Shown: one piece after another, positions 1 through 14,597 of the stretch | Position numbering within the stretch: the first letter of the stretch is position 1 | How the letters are laid out: the number at the start of each line of letters is the position of its first letter | Assembly: GCF_022539665.2 (NCBI RefSeq) | Contig: NC_081334.1 | Coordinates: forward strand, 2,728,001-2,792,000 | DNA length: 64,000 nucleotides | Direction of reading: 5' to 3' | DNA from: Daphnia carinata | Lineage: Eukaryota | The notes under the pieces: generated by a model | What the model saw: only the letters and a program-made list of their open reading frames with translations | The model's database searches: none | Told to the model about the DNA's origin: nothing | Translations under genes and position numbers: made by a program

Positions 1-3000
1 GTGTTTTGTTTTGGCGCGCACGTCACAGCCGAGAGATTGGACTTGAATGGCGAGACACTGACGTTCTGCTGCGCTCATTTTGACGCCGCGCCGTGCATAC
101 GTAATTCGTTTGACTGACACCCATACACCTACAGATACGTACTTTAAGCGTGACGTACCTTTTGAGCCCTGTGATTGGCATTGGCGGGATTGTGATGCTC
201 GTCGATGGAAATTTCATAATCGGCTGACGTCGGCATTATGTCGTCCCAGCAGCTGCCGTCCCTTTATGTATAATGTGGCTTCGACTATACGCACAGCACA
301 AGCCTCAGATGATGATGTGAAATGTTTGGCGCGACACGCTAGCCAGCGCTGAAATAATGCGGACGAAATTGCAGTTGGTCGGTGCGAATGAATCGTGACG
401 ATTGGACGACGCCATTCAGAGCGGCCGAAAAGAAAAAAAAAAAAAAAAAATCACTTTCAAGATCGATGGGCGACGATCGGCCGCAACCGCTGCCGTTCCA
501 GGTGTAACTGTGCAATTGCGAGATGTTGGTTATCCATTGGACGTGGCTGAAATGTGAGAGTCCATGTGCGATGACGAACGCACTCGGAACGAAAATTTGG
601 GCGGCACGAACGGCCTTCGGCCCAGCGGGTAAAAATAAACGCGGAACAGTTCTCACTTTTTCTTTTTTTTTTTTTTCTTTCTTTTTTTGGAATATTCAAA
701 TTATTTTCTTGGCTCATCTAGATGTTGAAAATGAAAGGCACCGTTTCTCTTTATTTTTTATTTTTTTTTTTTTGTTCTGTTTGGTTTGGATTGTTGTTGG
801 GCCTACTCACTTCAAACACAGACCTCTGGTGTTTAGAAAGGACCGTTGCCTAACAGCCAGCTGTCGGTCAACATCGAAATGGAACGACATCATTTTTCTT
901 TCAAACAATTTACGTTTAACCAAATGAATTTTCAGAGGACAGGCTGAATCACCCGGCGGTCTAAAATAGCCAATGTTTTGGAATTTGAATGTGAGGCCGA
1001 CGTTGGCTATGCGGATAAGTCAAATACGTGATACCGCCGATCTGTTTTGCCTGTGTCAAATTGCTTCTGCGTGCGTCACACTCGTAACTGTATTTAAGAT
1101 AAAAAAAAGGGACGAGAAGAAATCTAGGAAAAAAAAAAAATAACGTCACTCTGCCAACGGCAGTCCGTTCCAGACTGAGACGCTACACGTCGAGCGGCGT
1201 GCACGTTACTACTCTCTTTTTGCTTTCGTGGAGAGTGCGTGGTAGTGTCGTTCCCCAGTCAGCTGAGTGCCGTGTGCAGGGTTCGTTTCTTTTCCTTGGC
1301 TACGCATACCGTCACAAATGTATTCACAAAACTCAACGCTCGTCCCTTTACAGCAACCTTTGCTTTGCTACTAGGATTTTTCAAATTACATTTCGGACGT
1401 GAACCCCCGCCGACTTGATGCAAAACGTGAGTACACTTTTTTGATTTGCCATTCTTATTCGCATCTTTTGGTTGTTGGACATGCACAACATTCGCCGCGA
1501 ACGCTTGCTATTATTCTGCTGTCAATTTGCTCGACAATGATTTGCTAGAATTGCGACATCTTTTTTTCTGGGTAGATAACTGATAAACAGCAACGCGTTT
1601 ATACCCGCGGACACAGTCGGCAGCTGTCGTGATTTTACCGTTCGATATAGATTTTTCGTTCTCCTGCGTATATACATACCTGCTGCTTCAATTGAAAAAC
1701 GAAATAATGAACCTGTTAGCGTAATGTGCTTATTGTTAAAAGCTATTCGCATGTTGCAATGGCGGTTGTTCGAACTTGCCACCGTTTTCTCGGAATACTC
1801 CATCTACTTGAATTTCTAATTCAATAGCCTAGCATAATAGAATCGAGCTTCTATCTCGTTTGTGCAATGCTACGCGAATTGGCGATGCACAGCAGCTGTG
1901 CCACACACTGCGTATAACTTCCTACACACTCACGCAAAAGAAGAAAAAAAAAGCAATAAGAAATAATGGAAAGAAATATTTAACTGCAACCGACGTCGAG
2001 ACAGAGCCAACAAATATGCACAACAAAAGAAATAAAAGTAAAAAGTGGTAATGGAACACAGGATAGTCAATACGTCAAAGCAAAAAAAAAAAAAAAGGGG
2101 GGGGGGGGATCGATGATGAGTAATAAGAGAGACATGAGGTGAAATCAATAGGTCTATACGGTTATACAAGCTTGGCTCTTTTCATTGGGTATGGGATATA
2201 GCAACATCTATATGTATATACGTACATATGACAACAGATCGTGTAGTCTAGAACACACAACACGTCCCCGCCATCTCGAAGAGGCTCGGCGTCTGAATGA
2301 TGTGCTACAAATAGCCTTAACGGATTTCGCCAGAGAAAATGGAATTGAACCAAGCAACTGCCTAAATATATAGGGTCATATCTCTCTATAAAAAAAAAAT
2401 GGATGAACGTCAAATTGGATTTTCATTTTTTCTTTTTGTAGTGATAAAAAGCCCAGGCAAAAGCTATACACGGCAGCCCAGATTTCAATGTAGTCTACAT
2501 AACAAAGCGAAACACACAAACAAAACAAAAAAAAGCAGGATCTCGATAAGGTTCTTTGATACCTGGTCGATATCTACGCGATGCTTTGTACATCCCTTTT
2601 AAGCACCAGGTATATGGGGTTTGTCCAGCGATCGGGGTGCTCTTCACAATCTGCTCTCGTATAAAAGTAAGCTCTGCGTTTTCCTCGTCTATTGTCTGTT
2701 TCCTTTTTTTTTTTTTTTTTTTGAAAGGCTTTCAATTCTGGTGAAACTGGAGCTGTTAGTTCAGCAACTGCCTTTTGATCATCCAAACACGTCCTTCGGT
2801 CGCTTGCTTGAAATGAAATGCCAGCCAGGATTTTAAAGCGTGAACACAGTCGTTTTCTTTTAAAGACGAACAGCGAATGGTTGGGAAGAATGAGGTTTTT
2901 TTGCACGACATGTGGGATATTTCCGAGAATTTCATCATCTTAAACGACGAGTTTTTTTGTTTTTTTTTGGCAGCTAAAGTGAGTTGGCCGAGCAAACGCT

Positions 3001-3476
3001 CGACTGTGTCATCGTACTGACTTCCAAAATCAAATCGACTCAACCCATCTCAGTTATTGCCCCCTGTGAAATAGTGTGTAGCAAACTTCAAAACATTTCT
3101 CTTTTGAAGACGACTGTATCATCGCACAGACTGGCTAACCTGTACCCCAATAAAAGTGGAGTGCAGACTCGGAAACTAACACAATACGTCAAAACGCTGT
3201 GCGGTGTATCATTAACGGAATTGATTCAATTTATTTATTTATTTTTTTTTTTTTTCGTTTTCCTGTTGACCGAAAACAACCCGCCTCGGCTTCTTTCTAA
3301 TATCCGATTCGAAATCTGAGAGAGTCCTTACCCGAGTGACGGAAGTGGAGGGCCAAAAAAAAGTATTGAAGGATATTGGATTCATATTGTCGTTCATAAT
3401 AAAATTCTATTTGAGAAAATGCAGTCCACGTAGGGAAGATTTTTAAAGCGAATCGCGTACGAAAGTATATCAGAAG

Positions 3477-3478
<2 letters not shown>

Positions 3479-3522
<44 letters not shown>
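3479..3522. repeat. (GA)22 microsatellite
   Basis: Perfect GA dinucleotide run read directly. Confidence 0.95.
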
Positions 3523-3525
<3 letters not shown>

Positions 3526-6500
3526 TAAAGGCAATAATACGGTTAGATAGATCCATATGAGCCATATATACGAGTGTACGCTGTTGATGAATGGGGGTTT
3601 TTGAATGATTAAAAATGGATTGCCCTTTGCCACCGTCGGGTGTATATAGATGATTTAACACCCAGCGCTTTCACGTGCACACTGCAGTGGGTACTCTGTT
3701 TAAATAAACATCAATTGCACAGCACATAGACGGCATGTGGATTGATACAGATACGTCTCTGCCTGCGGCTCCAGGGAGTCTGTCTATAGTTCCCCATTTT
3801 CGGGCTAATGTTCAACTTGATCCATTATCGTTCAGACGCACTCGGCGTTGCTGTGTTTCCCCCTGCCCCATGCAGAATCGCTATAACCGAGAAGTTGAAT
3901 ATTGCATACCATATAGAGACACATGAATAAAGCCTTTCCGTAAACTCACAAGTACCTATACTGAGCCGGTAGGCCTTTCGATATGTATCCATCGCTGAGG
4001 TATATGACACGGCCACATGTATACCAGTGTAATCCGTGCGTGGTCATGTCCGTGAATGATGATGTGTTTGTGTTGTGTTCTGGCCGGACTAGATGGTTCT
4101 TATGCTGTGTGTTTGTATAGTAAACAAACGCCTGGTGTACGCCAAGCTAAATTACTTGCACGTTGAAAACAGTATAGAGGATAACTAGAAAGAAATGACA
4201 AACACACGCATTTCTATTCTAAGCTAGAGCCAGACGATGCACAATCAAAACGTCCGTGTAACCCACACATTTCTATATCGATCGAGGAGGAAAGTCTTTC
4301 ACAAGGACTTTGATGTTGCACGTTTTTGTGTAGCCTTTTGAAAGGTTTTCTGGTCCACCGTCATGAAGACTATGATTACATTTTTACAAGGTAAAAGAGC
4401 CACCATTATTTTATTTTTTTTTTTTTTTTTTAGAAATAAATCTACAGACACCGGAGATCTGTTCAAAGTTATTAGTATAGTAAACATCAGTTTGCATCAA
4501 GTAATTTATATACGGAAACAGCAACAAAGAGAGAATGAGTTAGCCATAGACACATCTACCGTGCTGGAGATAGAGATGTGTGCTGTGTATGGGGCCATTT
4601 TGCCGAGTAAATATAACGAGCGGCTAAAGTTGCCCCACCGAATCTCCCGCGGTCTATATTGTGTTCTCCGCTAGTGTATAACATAATAACTAGTGTGCGT
4701 CATCATTAGTCGAAGCGGCAACGCCCTGCGTCTTATCCCAGTAACAACTCGGAGCGAGCAACGACGAGGAACAACAACAAAAAAAGTGGTGAGTAAGCGA
4801 AGCCCGAAATCGGATTGAACCCAAAGTACGCACCTCGTGATGTTTTGTTTTTCTTTTTTCTTTATGCTGTTGAAAGTGTGTACCCAAAACCTCCATTCCT
4901 CTCTTGAAAATAACAAAAGCAGAGCTAAACAGAAGGGGGTTGGAAATGAAATACTGGTTGCGAAAATCATTAGCGCCGTGCGGCTTACGTGTTTTCGCAG
5001 CTGACCCTAAGCTTACCCAGTAACATTTTTACGTTACAAATGAGAGCAACTAAACTCAGCCAGTGGACGGGGGTTATTATAATGCAAAACTTGTACTACA
5101 CGAAGTAGAGATAAATCAGCGCCATGGTAGACGTGCAACAGTCACGACTTGCACTCGTTGTTATTCCATTCACTTATAGACGCATTCAGTTTTGGTGAAA
5201 CTTCGGGCACGTGTGCTTTTATGTTTTCGCATTGATATTTGTATTTTCACGAAAAGGAAACATGTTACACGTTACAGTTCTTTTTTTTTTTTTTTTTTGC
5301 AGACGTTTATCTTAGGATTAACTCAGTTAGGACCGTGAAGTTTATACAGCCTAATTGATGGTATATATTATGAAGCTCGAATGAGCGCAGTGGATGGGAT
5401 GCCGAGGGCATGGAGGATATCAAACGATGAGGACGCTCATCAGCCCAGAACGCCCATCAGTAGTTGAACGTGCACGCATTTCGCCGGCTCATCCTTTTTC
5501 ATTCATCTTGCTCGATTTTTTTCTTTTTTTTTTTGCTGCTTTTCTTTTCGTTTGATCAGAAAATCCTCGTGAGACATCGCCTTTCTTTCTCGACGATCGT
5601 TCATTGTTAATTGTCTGGGTATACCATACATGTATATCTTCAGGCTAAATGTAAACGCCCCCTTTTAAATGGTTAGCCCCACTGTATACCTGTCGCTCAT
5701 TCGACCAAGTGTGTTGTCTGCTATACTCAGGTGATCAGTCTGTCATACACACGCCCTGTGTTTTCTTCGTATGTAAATACGTCATCCATCGCGTTCTGAA
5801 CTCTACGGTAAGGAAATTGTGCATTTCTGCTCGTGTGTATTACATTTCCTGATATGTTTGAATAGCAGTAAATGTTGTTTACGTGTAGGGTTTCTTTTCT
5901 GACGCAACCCATACGTGTTGTTGCCGTCGGGGCTTTCGATAGCCATCAGTACCTGACAGCATAAAACTTTTCTTTTTCTTCTGTTCGTGTCGTTGTGTGC
6001 TTCGCCCATCAACCTGTCACAACTGTACAGCAGTACGATCTCGTAGCATTGAACGGTGGCCGAGTGCATATAATATCCCGACCGGGCTTTGAGATTTTTA
6101 AATTTTTTGTAGCGTCCATATTTATTTAAACGTCGAAATTCAATAGTAACGCTGTGTAGTTTTTTGGCGTCCGTTTCAGCTGTCAAAAGAACGGTGAATG
6201 ATGACAGGCTTTTCAGTTATTCGCAGGGAAAGGGCGTGAAAGTTCAAATAACATACGGGTTGCTGTAGTTTATGAAAACGACAAGTGCCTTCCTCGTTGC
6301 TGTTGAGCCAGGGACTCAGCGTCGAATAAAGATTCAAGGTGGGCATTGCAGATGCATTAAACGTCCTGATTTCGTTCTCGCGGGGCATTGATTTCTCCTT
6401 CGTTGGTCGTTGGTTGTCTTGATTGCGAAGCTCGGACGCCATATTGGCTGGTCGGAAGCAGGTGGCTATATCTTGTCTGTACACTTTGAGCTCTATCACC

Positions 6501-9070
6501 AACATCGATTCTCGTCCAGGCCTGGCGCAACACAACGTACGTGTATCCTTGGGGATACGTAGCAGGCGCTTGTTAGCCTTCGGGAGCACCTCCCGGATGA
6601 CGCCCCTTGCTAACGCACGTCCTTGACGAAAATGCAAGCTCGTATAAAGCGAAATCTCAGCGTGAGCCGTGCAGAAAAGAATGAAAATAGCCCATCAAAG
6701 TTTTTAGGGCGTTATGCGTCCAGCTAATGGCGAACTCTTAGAAAAAGAAGGAGGGGGGGGGGGGGAGCAGGAACAAACGGTGCTATGTTATGTATCCTAT
6801 AGAGTAACGAGAGACGACACGAATACATCGCCATTTACCCAAAATTTTTTACGACGCTAGCGGGAACGTGAGGCCATTAATAGGTCTAGTCCTTTTGTCG
6901 TTCGTTTTTCTTTTTATGTCGTAATACCGGACCTGACAATAACTACGTATATAGACGGTACGTTATGTGCGTCTTGCCAATGCATTTTGGGGGTAGAATC
7001 AGGGCCGTATATACTTTAAGGTCACGTGCTTTGTTTTTGAAAATAGCGCGCATTTTTTCTCCTTTTGGCTGAACGATTTACGAGCGCTCTGCTGCTAGAC
7101 GTGATGTACAACGGATTGCGTCGCAAGTCAATGGAGATGCTACACGCACGTTCCAGCGGTCGTCCATGAAGTCCTTCGTTTTCGTTGTTGGAACTGCTGG
7201 CGGCGCTGCCACATTCTTTCGTTCGTTTATCGCCCACTCCATCATCGCGTTTACGTATTGTCTGCATGCACATCGTTTCTGCTCGCTATTTCTACGTACG
7301 CTCTGATTTCTTTTCAGCACACTGGAATGTCAAAGAAAAAAGGAAATCGAAAAAGGATTGCGATATCTTTGTTTAACGCCGTTTCCTGCGCGCACGTATT
7401 TCAGCTGCATGAGCAGGACGAATGGAGAACGCCAACAAGACGCAATCAAAGTCGAGTGGATTACCCGCACACGTCTCTTGCTGATTCTTTCGACATTCAA
7501 ATAACGTAGCGAACGATATGTGTTATCTTTTTGCATCGCAGGCATATCTCTCTGTCAGGGTACAGTCGGCCATCACACAACAGCGGGAGCAAATCGAGTT
7601 TCCTTCTCACTTGTTCGGCAACCTTCCTTTGTTTGTTCTCGATTTTTAAATTATCTTCTACACGAAGCTCTCCGGCTATTTACTTGTCGTCGCATTGCGC
7701 GGACGAGAGCGGCATAATAATTGGCTATTTATATAATAAATGTATTTCGGTTGTTTTTCGTTTTCTTTCCAAGTCCAAAACGCTGGCGGTGCCCAGCGCG
7801 CCCAGTCCGCAGGTCCGATACAAAGACATGGAATAGTTTCAGTGCATTTTATTCTCATGACATCTATATTTAAATGCAGCATCCATGTCTGTTAGGTTCC
7901 TGTTTGCTTTAACCCACTCTTCTCTGAATTTTCCATGTTTTTTTTTTTGTTTTTGTTTTTTAGTTTAACTGCCGAATAGCTGGAACGTTTCCATATCAAC
8001 AAACGGGCCTTAGGAGAGAAGGTGTGACTTTAAAATGAGCTAATCTCCATGGTCGGTAAGAAAAATGTTTGTTGCTCTTTTGTGTTTTGTTTTACTTAAA
8101 CATTTACATCAATTTTCAATGTTTCAGAAATGAAGCCGGCGTACGATGTGTACATTCCAACGAGGGCCAACGCACCAATTGTATTTTAGGTGGGCGAAAT
8201 TCTTTCCAGTTTCAAAACATTGAAACAAAAACAAAAATGGCAGAACAAAACGAGCAAAGTAAACAAACAGAAACAACCAGAAACCAAAAAAAAAAAAAAA
8301 AAAAGGGAGGAGAGGGCGAAACAAAAAAGGGGAACAGGATCAAAAGTGAAACTAAATCAACCAACCAGGACCGAATTTCATTACTGAGAAATGATGACAC
8401 AGCCATTATCGGAAAACGCAATCAGGGCGGAAAGAAAAACAAAAAAGAAAGGAATCGAATTAACAATTGTTGCAACTTATTCGGTGAAAATCATAAAGGG
8501 GAAAATAATAATATTAATGATAAGCTGTCTATCACAGATCCACAGACTGCTGCAAGAGTGAAATATTTTTTTTTTTTGTTATTTTGTTTTTAACTAATTT
8601 TTAATGTTCGTCTTTCCCCTAAACAAGAAAATAGAGACGACCTAATGCGTAATCAAGACACCGTTCTAGCAACATACATTTTTTTTTCGGACAAATTGCC
8701 CAATATGTTAATGTTCTCGATTATTGATTTTTTTTTTTAGGTTTAATAATATTTTCTCTTTTTTTTTTTTAAGATAATTTGTTGTGTTATACAAAATTAT
8801 CCCACATTTTCTCTGAGTACTCGGCTAGTCGAATACCTGAAGACTAGACTAAATAGCTAGATTAAATATTATTTCACGATAAGCGGGTTAAGAAACGGAT
8901 TAATTGGGGCGATGACAAAGCGGACACTGGTCGCCGGGAAAACAACACCGGAAAAAAGAAACCAAACGAAACTCAGAAATTTCCTCCCCTCTTTTTCGCT
9001 CTTTAAAGCTCGCAATGACCTAACTGAGAAGCAACTGGATTCAACAAAACGGGGAACATAACAGAAACTT

Positions 9071-10434
9071 TCATACATTCTGAATGGATGGAATAATGAT
9101 GTCGTCATCGGGTGACGCTTGTTTTGACGTGGACGGCTGGGTTTTCAGATCGAGTAGGGCGGCCATCTCTTCGGCTTGAGCCGATTCGCTGACGACGATG
9201 CTCTCCACCAACTGGTGGTCATGGCTAGTGTCGAAGCCGGCGGGGTCGATGACCGTCGTACCGCTACTACCTGCACCTACTTTAGACCGCAGATTGCCCC
9301 CGGTAAAAGCTGATGCGATCGTCACGACTGGCTGAACAGGCACCGAAGCTTTTTTCTCTCCTTTTCTTTTAGCACCGTTTTGCTTGATGTTGACTGCATC
9401 GCTTGGTAGGGTTATAATTGTTGACGCATTGCCGGTTTTATTGGGAGCATTTTGAACTAAAATGACTCGATTATAGGCCCGCCATCTTCGACACAGCGTT
9501 AAGTACATGGTACACTGTACGTACATGAATACTACACCACCTAGATGCGAGACAAATGAAAGGAAAAGCACGACGATGAGATTTGTGGTTAGAAACGAGG
9601 ATAATGCAACTGTACCTGTAAACCCAATCGCCACGACAACCAGCTTAGTCCAAAAAGGCCACTGTAACTGGCCAGAGTAATATTCTTCTGCCGATCGATC
9701 GATCAACACGTAAAGGGACCAGATCACGCACGTGAATGCCACAGCGTGAAAAGTCACCGAACAGGCCAGTTTTCGACGTTCCATTGAGGACATGTCTAGT
9801 TTTTCCCACTGTGAAGAGATAATGTATTGATATAGAATTGTAGCTCAATGTCAACTGGTGGTAAGAATACTTCTTTGAATGGCTTGATTTTTGTTTGCAT
9901 GATAAAAGGATACTTGCAAAGCTCGCAATTCTTCATGTCAGAACTTTGGACCCATCGCTGTAAACATCCTTGATGCACATATTTCAGTGAACCTGCACAA
10001 CAACAAGGTGCTACTAATGGAGCCTCAAATTCAGCTTCACAATGACAAATCCTGTCAATACACGATGAGCAAAATAAATGAAATGTTTTAATAATAATGT
10101 GGCATATCCTAACCTGCAAATGTCTTGTGATGTGATTGATCCTTTTTTGGACAGTGTGCTAGCTGCTGATAGCAATGGGGAGTTTGGGTTTTCCTCCTAA
10201 ATTATTCCAATCATACCAATTAAAACTTGGGCTGTCATTGAGGCAGACCACGATGTATTTAGAATGAAACGAAACCTGGGAAGGTTCATTGGCCAATTGG
10301 TTATGATCAGGCAATTCTTGGTCAACATTATGGGTAGAAGATGAAGGCGAACGTTCGTCTACATCTCTCTCGAGTGCAGCCACTGTTTCTGTTGAATTCC
10401 GTGTTGACGAGACAACAACCTTGAGAAGGGACAT
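9071..10434 (-). CDS. MARCHF8: MARCH1/8-type RING-CH E3 ubiquitin ligase (5 exons)
   Basis: Spliced reading gives ...[50 protein letters not shown] (C4HC3 RING-CH), then two TM helices ([47 protein letters not shown]) and [14 protein letters not shown], typical of MARCH1/8. GT-AG introns. Confidence 0.9.
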
Positions 10435-11065
10435 ATCTGCTTGAGACGAACCACCAACAAGAAGCTCAAAACTACGATTTCTTTCCTTTTTTCTTCTTCG
10501 AGGACACTTCTATTACAGCACAACGATAATAAGATTGTTCAAATTCTACCGCCACTATTATCCATCGGTTTCAAGTAAAAGATCTTGCCATTTAATGACT
10601 GTTTTTAAGGCATTGAATTGTTATTCACGTATCCAAGAAAAATACCCTAAGGCTGGCGAATAAATAAATAAGAAAAATCAACGCCATCTGTTAGATAAAA
10701 ATCGACTTAATCACATCACGATTTTTGGTGAATCAAGGATACGAAATTCTTTAAATGTAACAAGTATTATTAAATTTTTTTACAACTTCATTATAAACTT
10801 CGTAAGACTTTAGCAGCGTAAAGATGTTTTTCGTTTTGCTCACTTAAAGAAATTGGGTTGCCTAACCCCATTTCCTCTATGCAGTGCTGCCTCTACATTG
10901 TCATACATGCTTCTTCTCCACCTATATCGGCATTAACAGACGGTTTCAAAATCTCTTTCGTCAGCATCGTCCTCGTGTGACTTCACCTCATTTTTCGCTC
11001 AGCCGCTTCAGGACAAGCATCGTTATTCTTTAATTTCTAATTATTTGACTTATACTTCTTCAAAA

Positions 11066-12696
11066 ATGTTCTGGGGTAAGTACCGCGTTTCAATATGTAA
11101 GAATTACTCTATCTGCATTAGTTTCCAATTCGCAAAATGAAGTTTGTAAGCCGGTAGTCAAATTTTGTGTGCTTCGACATGCTGTTAACACGTGGTCTTC
11201 CTAACACGGGATTTACTTCACAGGTCTGATTATTGAGCCGGGCAAGAAGTACTCTCAAACTGTTGATAACTCTTTCCACATCTCTAAAGCCACACTAGAC
11301 TTAAGCTCAGCCACTGGTATGTGCAATTTATTATTAAGTATAATTAACTTTTCATATAATAGCTGAGTAATTTGTTTTAGATGAAGATATCACCCTTCTG
11401 TTGGATTATGAGGGCCAACAAGAATACATCTTGTGCCACCTCAACAAGACCAACAAGCAAGAAAGTCTTGATTTAAACTTCCAAGCTGGTGACAGCATTT
11501 CCCTCTTCTCACATGGTCAAGCATCGGTCCATCTATCCGGGTATTCATTGTTTAACAAATAGTCTATGGAATAGATATTATCATTTTATTTATTTCTTAG
11601 ATACCTTTTGGGTGATGACGATGAAGATGATATGACTTTGGGTGAGATGATGGAAGAGGAGGAGGAAGAAGAGGATGAAGACGAAGAGATGGAAGAGAAG
11701 GATCTGCGTGCTACCTTACAAGCCAAGGCTGTTAAACGACCCCAGCCTGAAAAAACCAGTAAATAAATGCATGTTTTGTGTCATGTAGAGTTTAAATTAT
11801 GGTTTGATCCATTAGATGGCAAATCTCAAAAGAAGGCAAAAGTTGAAGTTGAAGAGGAAGAGGATGAGGAAGAAGCTGAAGAAGAAGAAGAATCTAAGCA
11901 GCCTCCAGCTAAGCAGTTGTCCAAGAAACAAAAGAAGATGCAGAAGAAGGTATCAAGAACATGTACTATGTAATTTGATCTGTTAATTTATTTAAGTTTT
12001 GTAGGCTCAACAGCAGCAGCAACAGTCTCCAAAACCAGCAGCTCCTCAACCTGAAAAGAAAAAAGAAGGTGCGAAACCTGCTGGTAAACCTCAACAACAT
12101 CAAAATAAAAAACAAAAGCAAAAAGCTAATGGTTTTCAAAAGAAGTAACTTTTGAGACTGATTTGTACATCATGATATTTCACAGTCCAATACAATACAA
12201 ACAAGAAGTCAATACTTGCAATAATCTCGGGTATTCAGCAAATAACAACAAAAATTGCGTTTGCAGATAAGCAGCCAAAAGTAGAAGCACCCAAATCTCC
12301 AGCGAAGAAGACATTACCGGGAGGTCTAATCATCGAAGATGTGAAAACTGGAAATGGGCCCGAATCCAAAAAAGGAGATAAGGTATAAAGATTTATGAAA
12401 ACTTGTGGGATAATATTACATTTCGATTTTGTTAGGTGGCTGTTTATTACTGTGGTAAATTGGCGAAGAACGGAAAGCAATTCGATCAGAGTAATAAGGG
12501 TCCGGGATTCAAATTCGAACTTGGAAAAGGCCAAGTTATTAAAGGATGGGACTTGGGTGTTGCTGGAATGAAAGTCGGTGGCAAGAGGAAGTTGACGATT
12601 CCCGCCTCATTGGCTTACGGTGCTGGAGGTGCTCCGCCCCAGATCCCTCCCAATAGCACTCTCGTCTTCGATGTTGAACTGAAGGCACTTAACTAA
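11066..12696 (+). CDS. Fkbp39: Nuclear FK506-binding protein with N-terminal nucleoplasmin-like domain, acidic/basic tracts and C-terminal FKBP PPIase (FKBP39/FKBP46 type)
   Basis: [26 protein letters not shown]... NPL domain, E/D-rich tracts, K-rich linker, C-terminal VAVYYCGKL...[30 protein letters not shown]...[13 protein letters not shown]. Confidence 0.92.
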
Positions 12697-13662
12697 ACGA
12701 ATCGGCTAATCGTACGTTGAATACTGCTTGCCATCATCTGAATTGATTTGTTTCTTTCCTTATCAGAATTTTGCATAACTTCATCGTATCGAGCTGTCAT
12801 AAACATCCATCACAAAAAAAAAAAGAAATTGACGAACCATTGAATTTTCTTCGTTTTTTTTTTTATGGAGTTCGAGAAAAACATGCTTGAAGTTCCTAAC
12901 GTCAGAAGTAAACAAAAGGCAAATGGAGGATGAAATCAATAACCATGTTTTAGGTAATCCGTTTGTTGGTTGAGTGCATTATTCTGGTCCGGAAAAGAAG
13001 TTGTTAGTGTTATTACTTTTTTAACGTTATGTACGAGAATAAATTAAGATCTAACATTCAACGCTTAGGTAAATTCGTAGTTTAAACTAATGAGATTCAG
13101 TAAATCGATAGAAGGTAAACCCCTGACGCATTTGGCAGTTAGTTTTTCGTATTCTGACTGGGAACGTTACACTACATTTTAGAAGAAACTTAATAACAAA
13201 GCGCAACGCAACATGGGATTTCTTTCAACCGTCGTGATGGCCATCAACTGGAATCGGTATCCGAGAACGCAAAATGTATTGTCATCCAGATGCAGTCTAT
13301 AATTCATCGAATCGTAGATTAACGGTCACAGCAGCTGGGCAATGTTCTACTTGATACGGTTACCTATTTCCTTAAACAAAACCGTAAAAACGTAAGCAAA
13401 AAAAAAAAAAAAAGAAGACCTGGCTACTGCGTTAACTGCCGCTAGATGGACAACAACATACTACACGTCACGATACCGGTCGAATAGTTCCCACCAGTAG
13501 TGCATAGTTGGTGCTATAGCACATTGTATGAAAATCATAAGTTTTTTGGTTTTTTGTGTCATTGTAATCTTTTGTTTAGTCATTTTTCTATCTCAAAAAG
13601 ACTCAGTACCGGCAGTTATTCAGGAATAATAGCTTCGAAACCTTTGTTAATTATCTTCAAAA

Positions 13663-14461
13663 ATGTTGGGATCGATGCTAGAAGAGTTTCAACGGATGAA
13701 CAAACGTCAGGTATAATTGCTTGGCGTATGTCGTGCAAACTTCTAATATGTTTTTTACTCATATTATTTGTTTCCGCAGTTTTTTTACCAGGTGCTAAGT
13801 TTTGGTATGATTGTTTCTTCCGCCCTTATGATCTGGAAGGGCTTAATGGTAGTCACTGGCAGTGAAAGCCCAATTGTTGTTGTTCTCAGGTTATCCTACT
13901 CTTGATTTTTGACTGGGCTTAGTAAACACATTATTGTTTCAATTACAGTGGATCCATGGAGCCTGCATTCCATCGAGGGGATTTACTTTTTTTAACCAAC
14001 CCTACAGACGAACCCATCAGAGTTGGTGAGATTGTGGTCTTTAAAATAGAAGGACGAGACATTCCTATAGTGCATCGAGTCCTTAAAGTTCATGAAAAGT
14101 AAGTGATTTAACATTCTAAAGGTAAAACATTTTCAAACAATTTCCGTCTATGTATTAGGGAAAATGGCACTAGCAAGTTTCTCACAAAAGGAGACAATAA
14201 CCGTGTTGATGACAGAGGCTTGTACGCTCCTGGCCAACTCTGGTTAACTCCACGTGATGTCGTTGGTAGAGCAAAAGGTTTCTTACCGTACGTTGGAATG
14301 GTTACAATTATGATGAATGAATATCCAAAACTTAAGGTAGATAGCCTAATCTATAGCATAAGATGTACAAATTGAGAAAAATTGTGTGAACTAATATTTC
14401 TGTCATGTAGTATGCAGTCCTGGCCTGCCTCGGGTTATATGTGCTAATTCACAGAGAATGA
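13663..14461 (+). CDS. SEC11: Signal peptidase complex catalytic subunit SEC11 (5 exons)
   Basis: [64 protein letters not shown]...IPIVHRV...[14 protein letters not shown]...[16 protein letters not shown]. Catalytic Ser/His motifs intact. Confidence 0.96.
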
Positions 14462-14597
14462 ACACGGTATTAACATTCTCAATATTTCTGGTTTAAATAA
14501 AATTTAAGAAACAACAGAAAACAATCACAATGAAATAATTTTTATTTATGATATCATTGAAAGTAACCACAGTGTGTTAACTGACGAATGATCAATT

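Noticed and set aside
6176..6637. 153 aa minus-strand ORF and other ORFs in 1-8600
   Set aside because: No recognisable domain or supporting exon structure; many are poly-K/F artefacts of homopolymer runs.
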